Positions 49,858-59,837 of a stretch of DNA of 64,000 nt are shown in pieces. The notes beneath the pieces are model-generated. The model ran no database searches. It saw only the letters and a program-made list of their open reading frames with translations, and was not told the DNA's origin. This stretch comes from an uncultured Leptospiraceae bacterium (GTDB lineage: Bacteria > Spirochaetota > UBA4802 > UB4802). Location of the stretch: contig CAZAOK010000006.1 of assembly GCA_964486725.1 (NCBI GenBank), positions 1,121 to 65,120 of the forward strand. The letters run 5' to 3'. Within the stretch, counting starts at the first letter, position 1, and each line of letters opens with the position of its first letter. A program made the translations under genes and the position numbers.

Positions 49858-51309
49858 TTATCCCTTTATCGTTCCCAGTGGCACAAGCCTGGCCACGCTG
49901 CTGCTTAATCCAGCTGATTCGGTTGCCTTAATCACCTCGTCGATATTCTTATATGCTCCACCAGCCTCTTCTGCCAGTCCGGAATATGAACCTGTGCGAA
50001 CATGCATGCCCCTGGATTCCATGTTCACCAACAAGTCTCGTCCCTGAAAACTCTTTTTTGCCTGTTTCCTGGACATAACACGTCCGCTTCCATGAACAGT
50101 ACTGTAAAAGGCGCTGTTACCTTCTTTACCAAGCATAACGTAGGAACCTGTCTCCATACTTCCCCCAATCAATACGGGCTGTCCCCATTTTTCGTATGCA
50201 TCGGGTATTTCCTCCATACCCGGAGAAAATGCCCTGGTAGCACCCTTTCTGTGTACAATAAGTTTCTTCTTCTTTCCCCCTACAACGTGATCTTCAAGTT
50301 TTGCCGTATTATGGCACACATCATACACCTGTTTAAAGCCAATCTCGGCCGGGCTTTTCCCCAGAACATCACAGAACACTTCACGCACCCTGTGCAGGAT
50401 AAGTTGCCTGTTCAAAAATGCTATGTTGATAGCACAGTTCATCGCGCCAAAATAGTCACTTCCTTCTTCAGAATCGAAAGGGGCGCAAGACAGTTCCCTG
50501 TCGGGTATATTGATTTTATATTTTGTGTTTACTACCGAGGCAAAAATCCGAAGGTAATCGGTAGCGACCTGATGACCAAATCCCCTGCTTCCGCAATGAA
50601 TCATGCAGACTATTTGCCCCTTTCCCTTTAATCCAAGGGCTTTGGCCGCGTCCCTGTTAAAAATATTTTCATCTTCAACAATTTGTAATTCGAGATAATG
50701 ATTACCAGAGCCCAGTGACCCCAACTGGTTTCTCCCCCTCTCACGTGCTTTCTGAGAAACTGACGCTGGTTCTGCCCCGTTTACTCGCCCTCCTTCCTCG
50801 CACATAACCAGGTCTTCCGGTTCACCATAACCGTTTTTTACTGCCCAGGCTGCCCCCTGTACCATGGCTTCATCAAGTTTTTTATCGGCAAGCGACACAA
50901 TCCCAGAGCCGCCAATGCCAGAAGGGATCGTTGAATACAGCACGTCCATCAGCTTTTTCATGTATGGCTTAATCTCATCTTTTGTAAGACTGGTAACGGC
51001 CAGCCGTACACCGCAGTTAATATCAAATCCAATACCACCTGGTGAAATAACACCGTTTGCGATATCAATCGCGGCTACACCTCCTATGGGAAACCCGTAG
51101 CCTGAATGACCATCCGGCATGCAAAATGCGTATTCCTGTATACCAGGAAGCATCGCCACGTTAGTAATCTGTCGCATAACTGCATCATCCATATCTTCTA
51201 TGAGTTCAGCCGAGGCAAATATTCGTGCAGGAACACGCATTCCCTTTACCTTATTAACTGGTATTTCATATAAATTGTTATTTACCTGTTCCAAATTTTC
51301 CAATTTCAT
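49858..51309 (-). CDS. rtcB: RNA-splicing ligase RtcB
   Basis: 483 aa with conserved RtcB blocks (CMIHCGSRGFGHQ, HNTA). Confidence 0.85.
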   Translation of the reverse strand: MKLENLEQVNNNLYEIPVNKVKGMRVPARIFASAELIEDMDDAVMRQITNVAMLPGIQEYAFCMPDGHSGYGFPIGGVAAIDIANGVISPGGIGFDINCGVRLAVTSLTKDEIKPYMKKLMDVLYSTIPSGIGGSGIVSLADKKLDEAMVQGAAWAVKNGYGEPEDLVMCEEGGRVNGAEPASVSQKARERGRNQLGSLGSGNHYLELQIVEDENIFNRDAAKALGLKGKGQIVCMIHCGSRGFGHQVATDYLRIFASVVNTKYKINIPDRELSCAPFDSEEGSDYFGAMNCAINIAFLNRQLILHRVREVFCDVLGKSPAEIGFKQVYDVCHNTAKLEDHVVGGKKKKLIVHRKGATRAFSPGMEEIPDAYEKWGQPVLIGGSMETGSYVMLGKEGNSAFYSTVHGSGRVMSRKQAKKSFQGRDLLVNMESRGMHVRTGSYSGLAEEAGGAYKNIDEVIKATESAGLSSSVARLVPLGTIKG

Positions 51310-51390
51310 AGCAACATCCTGTTATTACCTGTTGTTATTGTTATGGTTAATCGTATACAAAATATTCCAAGTGTGCAAGCAGTATGATGT

Positions 51391-51423
51391 AAAAAAGGGT
51401 GGCTATCCTTAGCCACCCTTTTT
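51391..51423. terminator. bidirectional intrinsic terminator
   Basis: aaaaaaGGGTGGCTAtcctTAGCCACCCttttt. Confidence 0.75.
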
Positions 51424-51446
51424 ATTATATACAATTTCCACTTATC

Positions 51447-51878
51447 TCAGGCTAATGCCGGCTCATCTTTATTCTGTTCTTTATTCTGTTCTTTTTTTCT
51501 TGTTTTTTCAGCAGACTTTATCATTTCACATTTACCTTCAAACACCACTCCATCAGCAATAATCAGCTTTGATGTTCTTATATTACCATACAACTTGCCT
51601 TCTTTATGAATTTCAAGTTTATCAGTGGCTTCAACATTGCCATATACAGTTCCCTTGACAATTACCGTTTTTACCTTGATGTTCGCCCTGACTTCAGATT
51701 TTTCCCCAATTACGAGAAAATCACCATCCTTGATTTCTCCTTCAAATCTACCGTTAATTTGCAAGGATTTGTCAAATGAAAGATCTCCGTTAAACTCGGT
51801 ATCCTTACCGAATACGGTCGCTATCATCCCTATTTCGTATACTGGATTTTTATTAACCTGTATTATCTTTTTCGCCAT
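51447..51878 (-). CDS. bactofilin
   Basis: Repetitive beta-helix pattern GxxxGxVxG; FEGKCEMIKSAE... tail. Confidence 0.75.
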   Translation of the reverse strand: MAKKIIQVNKNPVYEIGMIATVFGKDTEFNGDLSFDKSLQINGRFEGEIKDGDFLVIGEKSEVRANIKVKTVIVKGTVYGNVEATDKLEIHKEGKLYGNIRTSKLIIADGVVFEGKCEMIKSAEKTRKKEQNKEQNKDEPALA

Positions 51879-51923
51879 GGTTTCGCTGCACCCTGTACAT
51901 TATAAGTTTTTGCTGCCATTCAA

Positions 51924-52157
51924 TTACTTTGTCTTCATAATGAATACACCATCCCAGTCATCCGCCGGTGGGTTTTCCCTGTACTGCCTTGACCTTTCAA
52001 TATACACACGAGAGGGACCATCCTTAGGATCAATGTTCAGGGCCATCTCAAATGATTTAATGGCTTCGTCCCATTTGCGTTGTTTATACGCGGTAAGCCC
52101 CAGGTTATAGTATTTCAATACATCTTCTTTTTCTTTTGTAATCATGTGGCCCTCCAT
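51924..52157 (-). CDS. small TPR-like protein
   Basis: YYNLGLTAYKQRKWDEAIKSFEMALNIDP. Confidence 0.5.
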   Translation of the reverse strand: MEGHMITKEKEDVLKYYNLGLTAYKQRKWDEAIKSFEMALNIDPKDGPSRVYIERSRQYRENPPADDWDGVFIMKTK

Positions 52158-52189
52158 ATAACATGATCAATTATACACATGATACCTGT

Positions 52190-53173
52190 TTAAAAATTTC
52201 TCGCCAATAAAAATATTGCCAGATCTTTTATTGCCTTTTTACATTCTGATTCCGGAAACCTGTCAATGTAATCTACTGCTTTTTTTATGTATTCTTTTGC
52301 CACATCAATACAATATTCAATTGTATCCGTTTCATTAACCCTGTTAATTACGTATTCCCATTTCTTTTTATCCGGTTTTCTCGTATAATCCCTGATCAGC
52401 TGTGCATCTTTGTTGTCTACTACATCAATGAGACGAAGTAGCGGCAGGGTTATCTTACCATTGATAAAATCATTTCCCGTATCTTTTCCGGTTATGGTGT
52501 TATCCACGTAATCTATGGTATCATCAATAATCTGAAACGCATAACCAAGGTTAAGACCACTATTAAAGATAATCTCCATCTCTTTTTCATCCATTCCACT
52601 CAGTACGCCACCAAGTTTTGCGCAGGCACCCATGAATCGTGCTGTCTTCATCTCGATAATATCAAAATAATGGTTTATGGATATATTATCAATATTCGAA
52701 TATTCAATCTGGTACAATTCACCCTTTACCATGTTCAAGGTAGCATCAACCATAATCGGAAAAAGGTCCATCCTGTTGCTGCTTACTGCCATCTCAAGGG
52801 CCCTGGTATACATAAAATCTCCTACCAGTACCGCTACCTTGCTTCCATACTTCTTTGCTACAGTGGCCTGACCACGTCTCAAATCGGCTTTATCAATAAT
52901 GTCATCATGAACAAGTGATGCGGCATGTATGATCTCTGCTGCTGAAGCAATTTCTACAATATCATCTGGTATGGAATTTTTCAGCCCACTGGAAAGAATT
53001 ATCAGAGAAGCCCTGATTTTCTTACCACTTTTCCTGAATGTATGCCATGAACCCTCATCCAGAAGCCCTATACCTGTTTCAAGTTTACTTTTTATTACTA
53101 TATCAACCTGATCCAGGTATGGCCCAATACATTTCAGGATGTCTTTTAAATCAGCATAATTATGAGTCTGCAT
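52190..53173 (-). CDS. polyprenyl diphosphate synthase (IspB-like)
   Basis: LVHDDIIDKADLRRG and second DDxxD; start moved to MQTH to avoid overlap with upstream gene. Confidence 0.8.
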   Translation of the reverse strand: MQTHNYADLKDILKCIGPYLDQVDIVIKSKLETGIGLLDEGSWHTFRKSGKKIRASLIILSSGLKNSIPDDIVEIASAAEIIHAASLVHDDIIDKADLRRGQATVAKKYGSKVAVLVGDFMYTRALEMAVSSNRMDLFPIMVDATLNMVKGELYQIEYSNIDNISINHYFDIIEMKTARFMGACAKLGGVLSGMDEKEMEIIFNSGLNLGYAFQIIDDTIDYVDNTITGKDTGNDFINGKITLPLLRLIDVVDNKDAQLIRDYTRKPDKKKWEYVINRVNETDTIEYCIDVAKEYIKKAVDYIDRFPESECKKAIKDLAIFLLARNF

Positions 53174-53183
53174 GACATCCCCA

Positions 53184-53513
53184 TCAATCAAAAGCGTTAA
53201 TACATTCCCGTTGAGATTCAAATATTTCGAAAACCTTGTCAAGCATTGTTGTTTGAAAAAGCTTTAATAAGTTATCATTGGCGATTACAAGTTTAATATC
53301 GCCATCTTCATCTTTAAGTTTACGTTTAATTGCCACGATTACACCCAGCGCGGAACTGCAGATATGTTTTACATCTATCATATCAATACATATATTGTAT
53401 TTCTCCTCATCAATACAATTCTGCAATACTGACTCCAGTTCCTCGGACATATCCTGATCAATTCTTCCTTCAAGAACAATTAGCTCATAATTCTCTTCAG
53501 ATAGAATCTTCAT
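53184..53513 (-). CDS. STAS-domain anti-sigma-factor antagonist-like protein
   Basis: SpoIIAA-like size and motif ICSSALGVIV. Confidence 0.65.
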   Translation of the reverse strand: MKILSEENYELIVLEGRIDQDMSEELESVLQNCIDEEKYNICIDMIDVKHICSSALGVIVAIKRKLKDEDGDIKLVIANDNLLKLFQTTMLDKVFEIFESQRECINAFD

Positions 53514-53571
53514 TCCACTCTCCCGGTATCGTTTTTATAATGCGAATATATATAATACATCTAATAAAATA

Positions 53572-54285
53572 TTATTCAATCTTTTTTCGTTGTGTATCTC
53601 CCATTACTATCGCGTATACTTTATCAGCTCCGTGGTTTTTTAAAACCCTTGCGCATTCATTCAAAGTTGCACCAGTTGTATATACGTCATCTACCAGTAA
53701 AAGGTTTCTTCCTTTAATAACCGCATTATCAGGTTTTATGCTGAATCTGCCAAGAACATTTATAAACCTTTCATTAATTTGTAATGATTTCTGGATCATG
53801 GAGTAACTTTTTTCATTTAGAATGTTAATACATGGTATTTTAGATATTTTACTGATATTGTTACTTAATAATTCTGATTGATTAAAACCGCGCCTGGCTT
53901 TTTTTGATCTCTTCATGGGTATATGAACGATACCGTCTATTTCCCATTTTTTTATACAGATTATCTCATTCATAATATTAGATATTACCGGTACAAGGGA
54001 TACAATTCTATCATATTTTATTGACTGAATCACCTTTTCCATAACACCAGTATAGGGATGAATTGATACACATTCATTCAAATACCATTCACGATTACCC
54101 ATTGAATTACTACCTGGTTCATCTTCCTGGATAATGTTGGAGTGCACGGTTTTGCCGGTCAGCTCTGAAAGACATAGTTTGCAAATACCATTATCGGCAT
54201 GAGATATTAAGTTCTCACACCAGCAACATCTTACCGGGTTGAGCAGATCCATGATACCTGTATTCAGCAACTTCAACACCATCAT
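53572..54285 (-). CDS. ComF-family phosphoribosyltransferase
   Basis: N-terminal CCWC...CKLC zinc finger; LLLVDDVYTTGATL PRTase motif. Confidence 0.75.
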   Translation of the reverse strand: MMVLKLLNTGIMDLLNPVRCCWCENLISHADNGICKLCLSELTGKTVHSNIIQEDEPGSNSMGNREWYLNECVSIHPYTGVMEKVIQSIKYDRIVSLVPVISNIMNEIICIKKWEIDGIVHIPMKRSKKARRGFNQSELLSNNISKISKIPCINILNEKSYSMIQKSLQINERFINVLGRFSIKPDNAVIKGRNLLLVDDVYTTGATLNECARVLKNHGADKVYAIVMGDTQRKKIE

Positions 54286-54981
54286 TCACCCGTTTCTATA
54301 CCTGGTGGGATCTGCAATACCAGCCTCTTTGAATCCCCTGCGCCGTATACAACAACTGTCACATATTCCACATGATACGCCTTCTTCATCTGGACTGTAA
54401 CAGCTATGAGTAAGCGAATAATCAAACCCAAGCTTATATCCTAATTTAATAATTTCACTCTTTTTCATTGAGATCAATGGCGCTTCCACTATAATCGAAT
54501 TACCTTCTACACCTGTTTTAGTTCCATTATCAATCATGTTCTGAAATGAACTGATAAATTGCGGCCTGCAATCCGGATAGCCACTATAATCAACAGCATT
54601 CGCGCCTATAAAGATAACCTCTGCATCATGCGACTCAGCGTAGGCCAATGCCAGGGATAAGAAAACTATATTCCTGGCTGGTACATATGTTATGGGGATT
54701 TCGTCTTGAACAGAAATATCATTACCTTGTGGTACCTGCAGGTTTGAATCTTTTTTCAAGGCCGTTTTATCAAATAATTCAAGTGGCAGTTGTATAGTAT
54801 GATGCAGTTTTATATCCAGGTAATCAACTATTCTTTTTGCGAACGATATCTCAACATCATGTCTCTGGCCATATGAGAATGTTATCGCATGTAAACTGTA
54901 TCCCTTTTCGATAGCATATGCTGCCGTTGTTGCAGAATCCAGCCCCCCACTGAGTAATATTATTCCTCTTTTTTCTGCCAT
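54286..54981 (-). CDS. queC: 7-cyano-7-deazaguanine synthase
   Basis: ILLSGGLDSATTAAYAIEKGY...; C-terminal Cys cluster CGICDSC. Confidence 0.85.
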   Translation of the reverse strand: MAEKRGIILLSGGLDSATTAAYAIEKGYSLHAITFSYGQRHDVEISFAKRIVDYLDIKLHHTIQLPLELFDKTALKKDSNLQVPQGNDISVQDEIPITYVPARNIVFLSLALAYAESHDAEVIFIGANAVDYSGYPDCRPQFISSFQNMIDNGTKTGVEGNSIIVEAPLISMKKSEIIKLGYKLGFDYSLTHSCYSPDEEGVSCGICDSCCIRRRGFKEAGIADPTRYRNG

Positions 54982-55002
54982 ATAATATATATAAGCAGGA
55001 TA

Positions 55003-55248
55003 TCAGGATTTCAAAGGGAAGTATTCGTATGGTTTCATACCATAGACTTTTTCAAAATCCTTTGAAAATGGACACATGTTACAACTGGCCCTGTATACTC
55101 CTTCAAGCGTCATCTTCGCTTCATCATAAAGCACGCTGTTTTTATCAATTTCAGCGTTTCTCAGTTTAAGAAACGCACACTGTTTACATTTTTCAGCATT
55201 TTCTTTTATATTGTCGGTTATAAGCGGCATGTACAACCTCCATCTCAT
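55003..55248 (-). CDS. small CxxC...CxxC protein
   Basis: CKQCAF ... CNMCPF. Confidence 0.45.
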   Translation of the reverse strand: MRWRLYMPLITDNIKENAEKCKQCAFLKLRNAEIDKNSVLYDEAKMTLEGVYRASCNMCPFSKDFEKVYGMKPYEYFPLKS

Positions 55249-55338
55249 ATAGTATTTATACTATAATACTAAACGGTAATAAATAAATCCAGTATAATTT
55301 TGCATATACATATAATTTTGAATTTCCATGGTTTTTGT

Positions 55339-55533
55339 CACCACAGAGTCACAGAGATACAGAGAGTTGGTTGTGTAATTGTACAAGGATCACCGCAAAG
55401 ACGCCAAGTATGCTAAGTTCGCGAAGAAGAAGATATATATATTCTTTCTTTTCTTTGCGTAACTTTGCGATCTTTGCGCCTTTGCGGTAATTCTTTTATA
55501 AAAAACCTCTGTATCCCTGTGACTCTGTGGTGA
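55339..55533. repeat. composite MITE-like element: 27-bp ACAGAG-triplet terminal inverted repeats enclosing a 4+4 heptamer iteron palindrome
   Basis: TIRs tcaccacagagtcacagagatacagag (55339-55367) and its reverse complement with 1 mismatch (55507-55533); core 55392-55488 homologous to 36298-36415. Confidence 0.65.
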
Positions 55534-55539
55534 ATATTT

Positions 55540-55998
55540 TTAAAGATGATCAAACATTACAAGGTTAACCAGCCTGGCGATGAAATATGCTCCTGCGAAA
55601 AGAAAGAAGGGCATAGTGAACATGAAGATAAGTATTTCCTCGTAGCGTACAACAGATGAATGCAAAACCTTTTTTCCGAAATAGTTAAAATGATAGTTTT
55701 CCGGATCCTTGCTTCTCTGGTATATATTACGAAAAATGTTTATTTTTATGCCAAGCATCGCAAGCATGATCAGCCCGGTCATAATCCAGATAAGTAAATC
55801 TATATCAACGCCCCGAACCCTCCTTGGCTCAAAAATTGCAAGCACTGTAAGCGACCCGGCAATTAATATATTAGTTATGGCGGTATTGACAAACCATCGT
55901 AAATTTTTGCTGTTTTTTTTAAGTACGTAAATTATCAGATTATAAATATGAACGGTGAAGGATACCTGGAGGAGTATGAATAGTATTATTAATATCAT
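55540..55998 (-). CDS. hypothetical 4-TM membrane protein
   Basis: ORF with hydrophobic helices, AT-rich. Confidence 0.45.
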   Translation of the reverse strand: MILIILFILLQVSFTVHIYNLIIYVLKKNSKNLRWFVNTAITNILIAGSLTVLAIFEPRRVRGVDIDLLIWIMTGLIMLAMLGIKINIFRNIYQRSKDPENYHFNYFGKKVLHSSVVRYEEILIFMFTMPFFLFAGAYFIARLVNLVMFDHL

Positions 55999-56180
55999 AC
56001 GGTCTATAGCATCAGCATTATCAATTATTTATCTTTCATCATCATAATAACGCAGTCTCTGTAACCTCAAAGTAGATAATCAGTAGATGATATACTATAG
56101 CATTGGCCATGTTAACGCAAGCAAGAATATTATAAAATATTTTTTTTATTGGATGTTAAATTTTGGATAGAATCACTTTG

Positions 56181-57503
56181 TCAGCGTAGTTTTTTCTTCA
56201 TATGAATATTCAGCAAAATGCCGACAGCAATTAATGACACAACCAGGTTCGACCCACCATATGAAACAAAAGTAAGAGGTAATCCGGTTACAGGCATAAC
56301 CCCAAGAGTCATGCCAATATTAATTACCATATGGAAAAAAAACATTGTGGTAATTCCGCTGGCAAGAAGCGTTCCAAATTTATCACCAGCTTCGAAGGCT
56401 ATTTGAATTCCCTTGAAAATTACAATAGCGAATAAGCCAAGTAAAACAATTGATCCCAGGAGACCCCATTCTTCTGCTACTACAGAAAATATGAAGTCAG
56501 TTGTTTTTTCAGGCAAAAAACCCAGTTGCGATTGTGTTCCATGTAAGAATCCTTTCCCAAAGAAACCACCTGATCCAATAGCAATTTTTGATTGTATAAC
56601 ATTATACCCTGAGCCATGTGGGTCAAGCGTTGGATTGAGAAATACCAATATTCTTTTTTTCTGGTAATCCTTAAGAAAATGCTGAATAAAAACAGAAAGA
56701 AAAAGCCCCATGGAGAACACCATGGATGGTATATATATTTTCCTGTATATTTTTTTTATGAAAAAAAAGTGCAGCACAAAGGCAACTATTGCAACCACGA
56801 GCAATGCCCCGGCTATAATAAAAAGCAAATCACTGCCTTTAAAAAAAGCTATTACGGGATTTATAACTTCATTTCCCTGGCCAACCCATTCTGTATATGT
56901 TAATATCATGGGAAGAATCAAGCCAATAGCGGCAATACTGATTATTGAGCCTATTTGTGAAACATCGGCACCACCAAGGAAAAGCATGGTAAAAAATATG
57001 GGAATAAATATCATCGCTGTTCCGAAATCTGGCTGCATGTAAATAATAAACACGGGTATTATTGTAATCAGCGATGGTATCATCAACTCCCTGAAATTCT
57101 GTATATCCCTCTCGCGAATCTCAAGGAATTTTGCTATCAGTATGATATAACCCAGTTTCATAAACTCGGACGGTTGTATCGAAAAAAATCCGAAATTTAT
57201 CCACGCCCTGGCGCTTCTTACCGGTGTACCAAATATGGTGGTAAGCACCAGTATGAACAATAATCCAATATAAATATATAATGAGTAGTCTCCCAACAAC
57301 CTGTAATTTACGAACGCAACAGTCATCATTAAAACGAAACCAATACCGAACCAGACCATTTGTTTTTTGTATAAACCGTTATTTAATTTATCAATTGGAT
57401 CAAACCCGGTACTGTAAATCATAAGAATACCTATGAACACGATCAGGATGACAGAGACCAGCAGGGGAATATTTATATTTTGCAATTCATTTTTTTTTGC
57501 CAT
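56181..57503 (-). CDS. rodA: SEDS family peptidoglycan polymerase RodA/FtsW
   Basis: Multi-TM SEDS motifs; position next to mrdA. Confidence 0.8.
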   Translation of the reverse strand: MAKKNELQNINIPLLVSVILIVFIGILMIYSTGFDPIDKLNNGLYKKQMVWFGIGFVLMMTVAFVNYRLLGDYSLYIYIGLLFILVLTTIFGTPVRSARAWINFGFFSIQPSEFMKLGYIILIAKFLEIRERDIQNFRELMIPSLITIIPVFIIYMQPDFGTAMIFIPIFFTMLFLGGADVSQIGSIISIAAIGLILPMILTYTEWVGQGNEVINPVIAFFKGSDLLFIIAGALLVVAIVAFVLHFFFIKKIYRKIYIPSMVFSMGLFLSVFIQHFLKDYQKKRILVFLNPTLDPHGSGYNVIQSKIAIGSGGFFGKGFLHGTQSQLGFLPEKTTDFIFSVVAEEWGLLGSIVLLGLFAIVIFKGIQIAFEAGDKFGTLLASGITTMFFFHMVINIGMTLGVMPVTGLPLTFVSYGGSNLVVSLIAVGILLNIHMKKKLR

Positions 57504-59333
57504 TTAAAAGTATCCAAGTCTGTAAAGTTTGTTAAAAACAGCCTCCGCAACCGGCACCGCACTCACAGCTCCGGCAATTCCATATTCAACCATAACAACT
57601 ACAACTACCGAATCTTCAGGCTTACCATCATAGGGCGCAAAACCCACAAACCATGCGTGCTGTGACGCGTCATCTTTTCTGCGGGATATTGTCTGCGCAG
57701 TACCAGTCTTCCCGCATATGGGAACTTTTATATATCCCAACCTGGCGGCGGTACCATTTTTGACAGCTATCCGCATTCCCTGTTTTACTACATTAAGCGT
57801 GGTTTGCGAAAGGGGAATTTCTTTCAGCTTTTCAGGAGTATGGTTACTTATAATGCCCTGGTTGTTATTAGAACGTATACTTTTCACAAAATGAGGTTTA
57901 TATGAAACACCTTCATTCACAATGGCAGAAACAAGGTTTGCCATACCAATATTGGTGACTGCAAGAAATCCCTGCCCAATGGCAAGATTCAATGTATCAC
58001 CATCAAACCATGGTTGACCAAAAGTCTTCAACTTCCATTTCTTTGAAGGGATAAATCCATCGATTTCACCGGGGATATCAATCCCCGTTTTATTATTAAG
58101 TCCGAAATAATTCGCGTATTTCAAAATAATGGAAGGTCCGATACTATATCCAAGCTGGTAGAAATATACACCGCATGATTTACCAATAGCATGTTGCATA
58201 TCAAGACTTCTATGTACAGAATAACAGTAAAAATCCCTGTCAATATACCCCTGTAATGTATACTTGCCGGGACAATAAATTACTCGTTCTGGATTCCATT
58301 TTTCTTCTTCAAGTGCTGACATCGTAGTAACCAGCTTGAAGGTTGATGCCGGTGGATACCTGGATTGAATTGCCCTGTTTAAAAAAGGTTTATCTTTATC
58401 TTTATACATCTCTTCAAGTGCTACTGAATTGTCTCTTGATATGATCTGATTTGGATCATAATCCGGCTTACTCAAAAGGCACAGTATCTCTCCCGTGGTG
58501 GGTTTCAGAACCACCACTGAGCCCTTTTTCTGTGCCATTGCTTCGTAGGCTGCTTTTTGCACCTCGTAGTCTATTGTTAGAACAATATTATTCCCAGATA
58601 CTGGATGTTGCCCTATTTCTTCACCTTCCATCCTGTTTTTTACATCAACGATTCGACGGACATATCCATCAACGCCCCTTAACAGCATATCATATTCTTT
58701 CTCGATACCTGTCTTCCCAATCTTCTGGTAATGCTTGTACCCGGCATTTTTCAAGTTAGCATATTCATCCCTGTTTATACTGCCGATGTACCCGATAGAG
58801 TGGGCGAACATATTACTATGCTTGTATACACGAACTGGAGCGTCTCCCCAGTCGATATTTGGGAAATGATTTTGGTACGAAGCAATTTTGACAATTTTAT
58901 CAAATTCCACGTCCTCCTTAATCACAAACCTGTCCCAGGGATTTGACTTTTTAATTTTATCAATAATTGATTGATAATCAAACTGCAGCAACCTGGACAG
59001 CTTCATAATAGTTTTTTCGAGAGTGGCATCATCTTCGAAATTTGCGGGAATTGTCGTTATAATAAATGAAGACCTGTTCGAAGCGATTACAGGGTTATCT
59101 TCAGCCAGGGAAAAATTTCGATCATATATCTCACCGCGGGACGCGGGAATTGGAATATTACTTTCCATGTTACTTCGTGATCTCAGAGAATACTCCTCGT
59201 ATTTTAAAACCTGGAGATAAAAAAGCTGAGCCAGGAACATGGTAAAAACCACAAGCACCATCGTCATAAAGAAATACATTCTTCTGCGAAAGGCTTCCAG
59301 CATCTTTGTACGAATAGACGCGTACTGACGCAT
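57504..59333 (-). CDS. mrdA: penicillin-binding protein 2
   Basis: SxxK (ASTFK), SxN, KTG(T) motifs. Confidence 0.85.
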   Translation of the reverse strand: MRQYASIRTKMLEAFRRRMYFFMTMVLVVFTMFLAQLFYLQVLKYEEYSLRSRSNMESNIPIPASRGEIYDRNFSLAEDNPVIASNRSSFIITTIPANFEDDATLEKTIMKLSRLLQFDYQSIIDKIKKSNPWDRFVIKEDVEFDKIVKIASYQNHFPNIDWGDAPVRVYKHSNMFAHSIGYIGSINRDEYANLKNAGYKHYQKIGKTGIEKEYDMLLRGVDGYVRRIVDVKNRMEGEEIGQHPVSGNNIVLTIDYEVQKAAYEAMAQKKGSVVVLKPTTGEILCLLSKPDYDPNQIISRDNSVALEEMYKDKDKPFLNRAIQSRYPPASTFKLVTTMSALEEEKWNPERVIYCPGKYTLQGYIDRDFYCYSVHRSLDMQHAIGKSCGVYFYQLGYSIGPSIILKYANYFGLNNKTGIDIPGEIDGFIPSKKWKLKTFGQPWFDGDTLNLAIGQGFLAVTNIGMANLVSAIVNEGVSYKPHFVKSIRSNNNQGIISNHTPEKLKEIPLSQTTLNVVKQGMRIAVKNGTAARLGYIKVPICGKTGTAQTISRRKDDASQHAWFVGFAPYDGKPEDSVVVVVMVEYGIAGAVSAVPVAEAVFNKLYRLGYF

Positions 59334-59336
59334 TGG

Positions 59337-59837
59337 CTAATGAACCTCCCTGGATAGCTCCTGCTCAAATATCTTATCAAACAGGAAAAACAGGGGAGGC
59401 GCGAGAAGCGCGTTATAGAAAGACTCCGGGAAGATAATTCCGCTTATCATAGATAATGACCCCTGGTGGAAAAGATACGCGAGAAACATGGTTACTACTC
59501 CTTTAACCAGGGATGCCGCGAACAACAACAAAAAGATAGTTATAATGTTTTCCCTGAAGATAGATCTTCCAAGCATTCCTACAATAAATCCCAGGGCCAT
59601 CTTTGGAAAAGCCATGAGTCCCAGGGGAGAATTTGAAACCGAGTCCTGTAACAATCCCCCGATAAAACCGGTAACTTCACCGTAAAATGATCCAAAACTA
59701 TACCCGAAATAGATAATAACGATAAACATAAGATCAGGTTTCACACCTGCAATCCTGAGTACATCAAAGGATGAATGTCCCTGAATGATGAGTGATGCCA
59801 GTAATATGGCCCCTGTTATTATATATTTCAATATCAT
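59337..59837 (-). CDS. mreD: rod shape-determining protein MreD
   Basis: Small polytopic protein between mreC and mrdA. Confidence 0.65.
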   Translation of the reverse strand: MILKYIITGAILLASLIIQGHSSFDVLRIAGVKPDLMFIVIIYFGYSFGSFYGEVTGFIGGLLQDSVSNSPLGLMAFPKMALGFIVGMLGRSIFRENIITIFLLLFAASLVKGVVTMFLAYLFHQGSLSMISGIIFPESFYNALLAPPLFFLFDKIFEQELSREVH

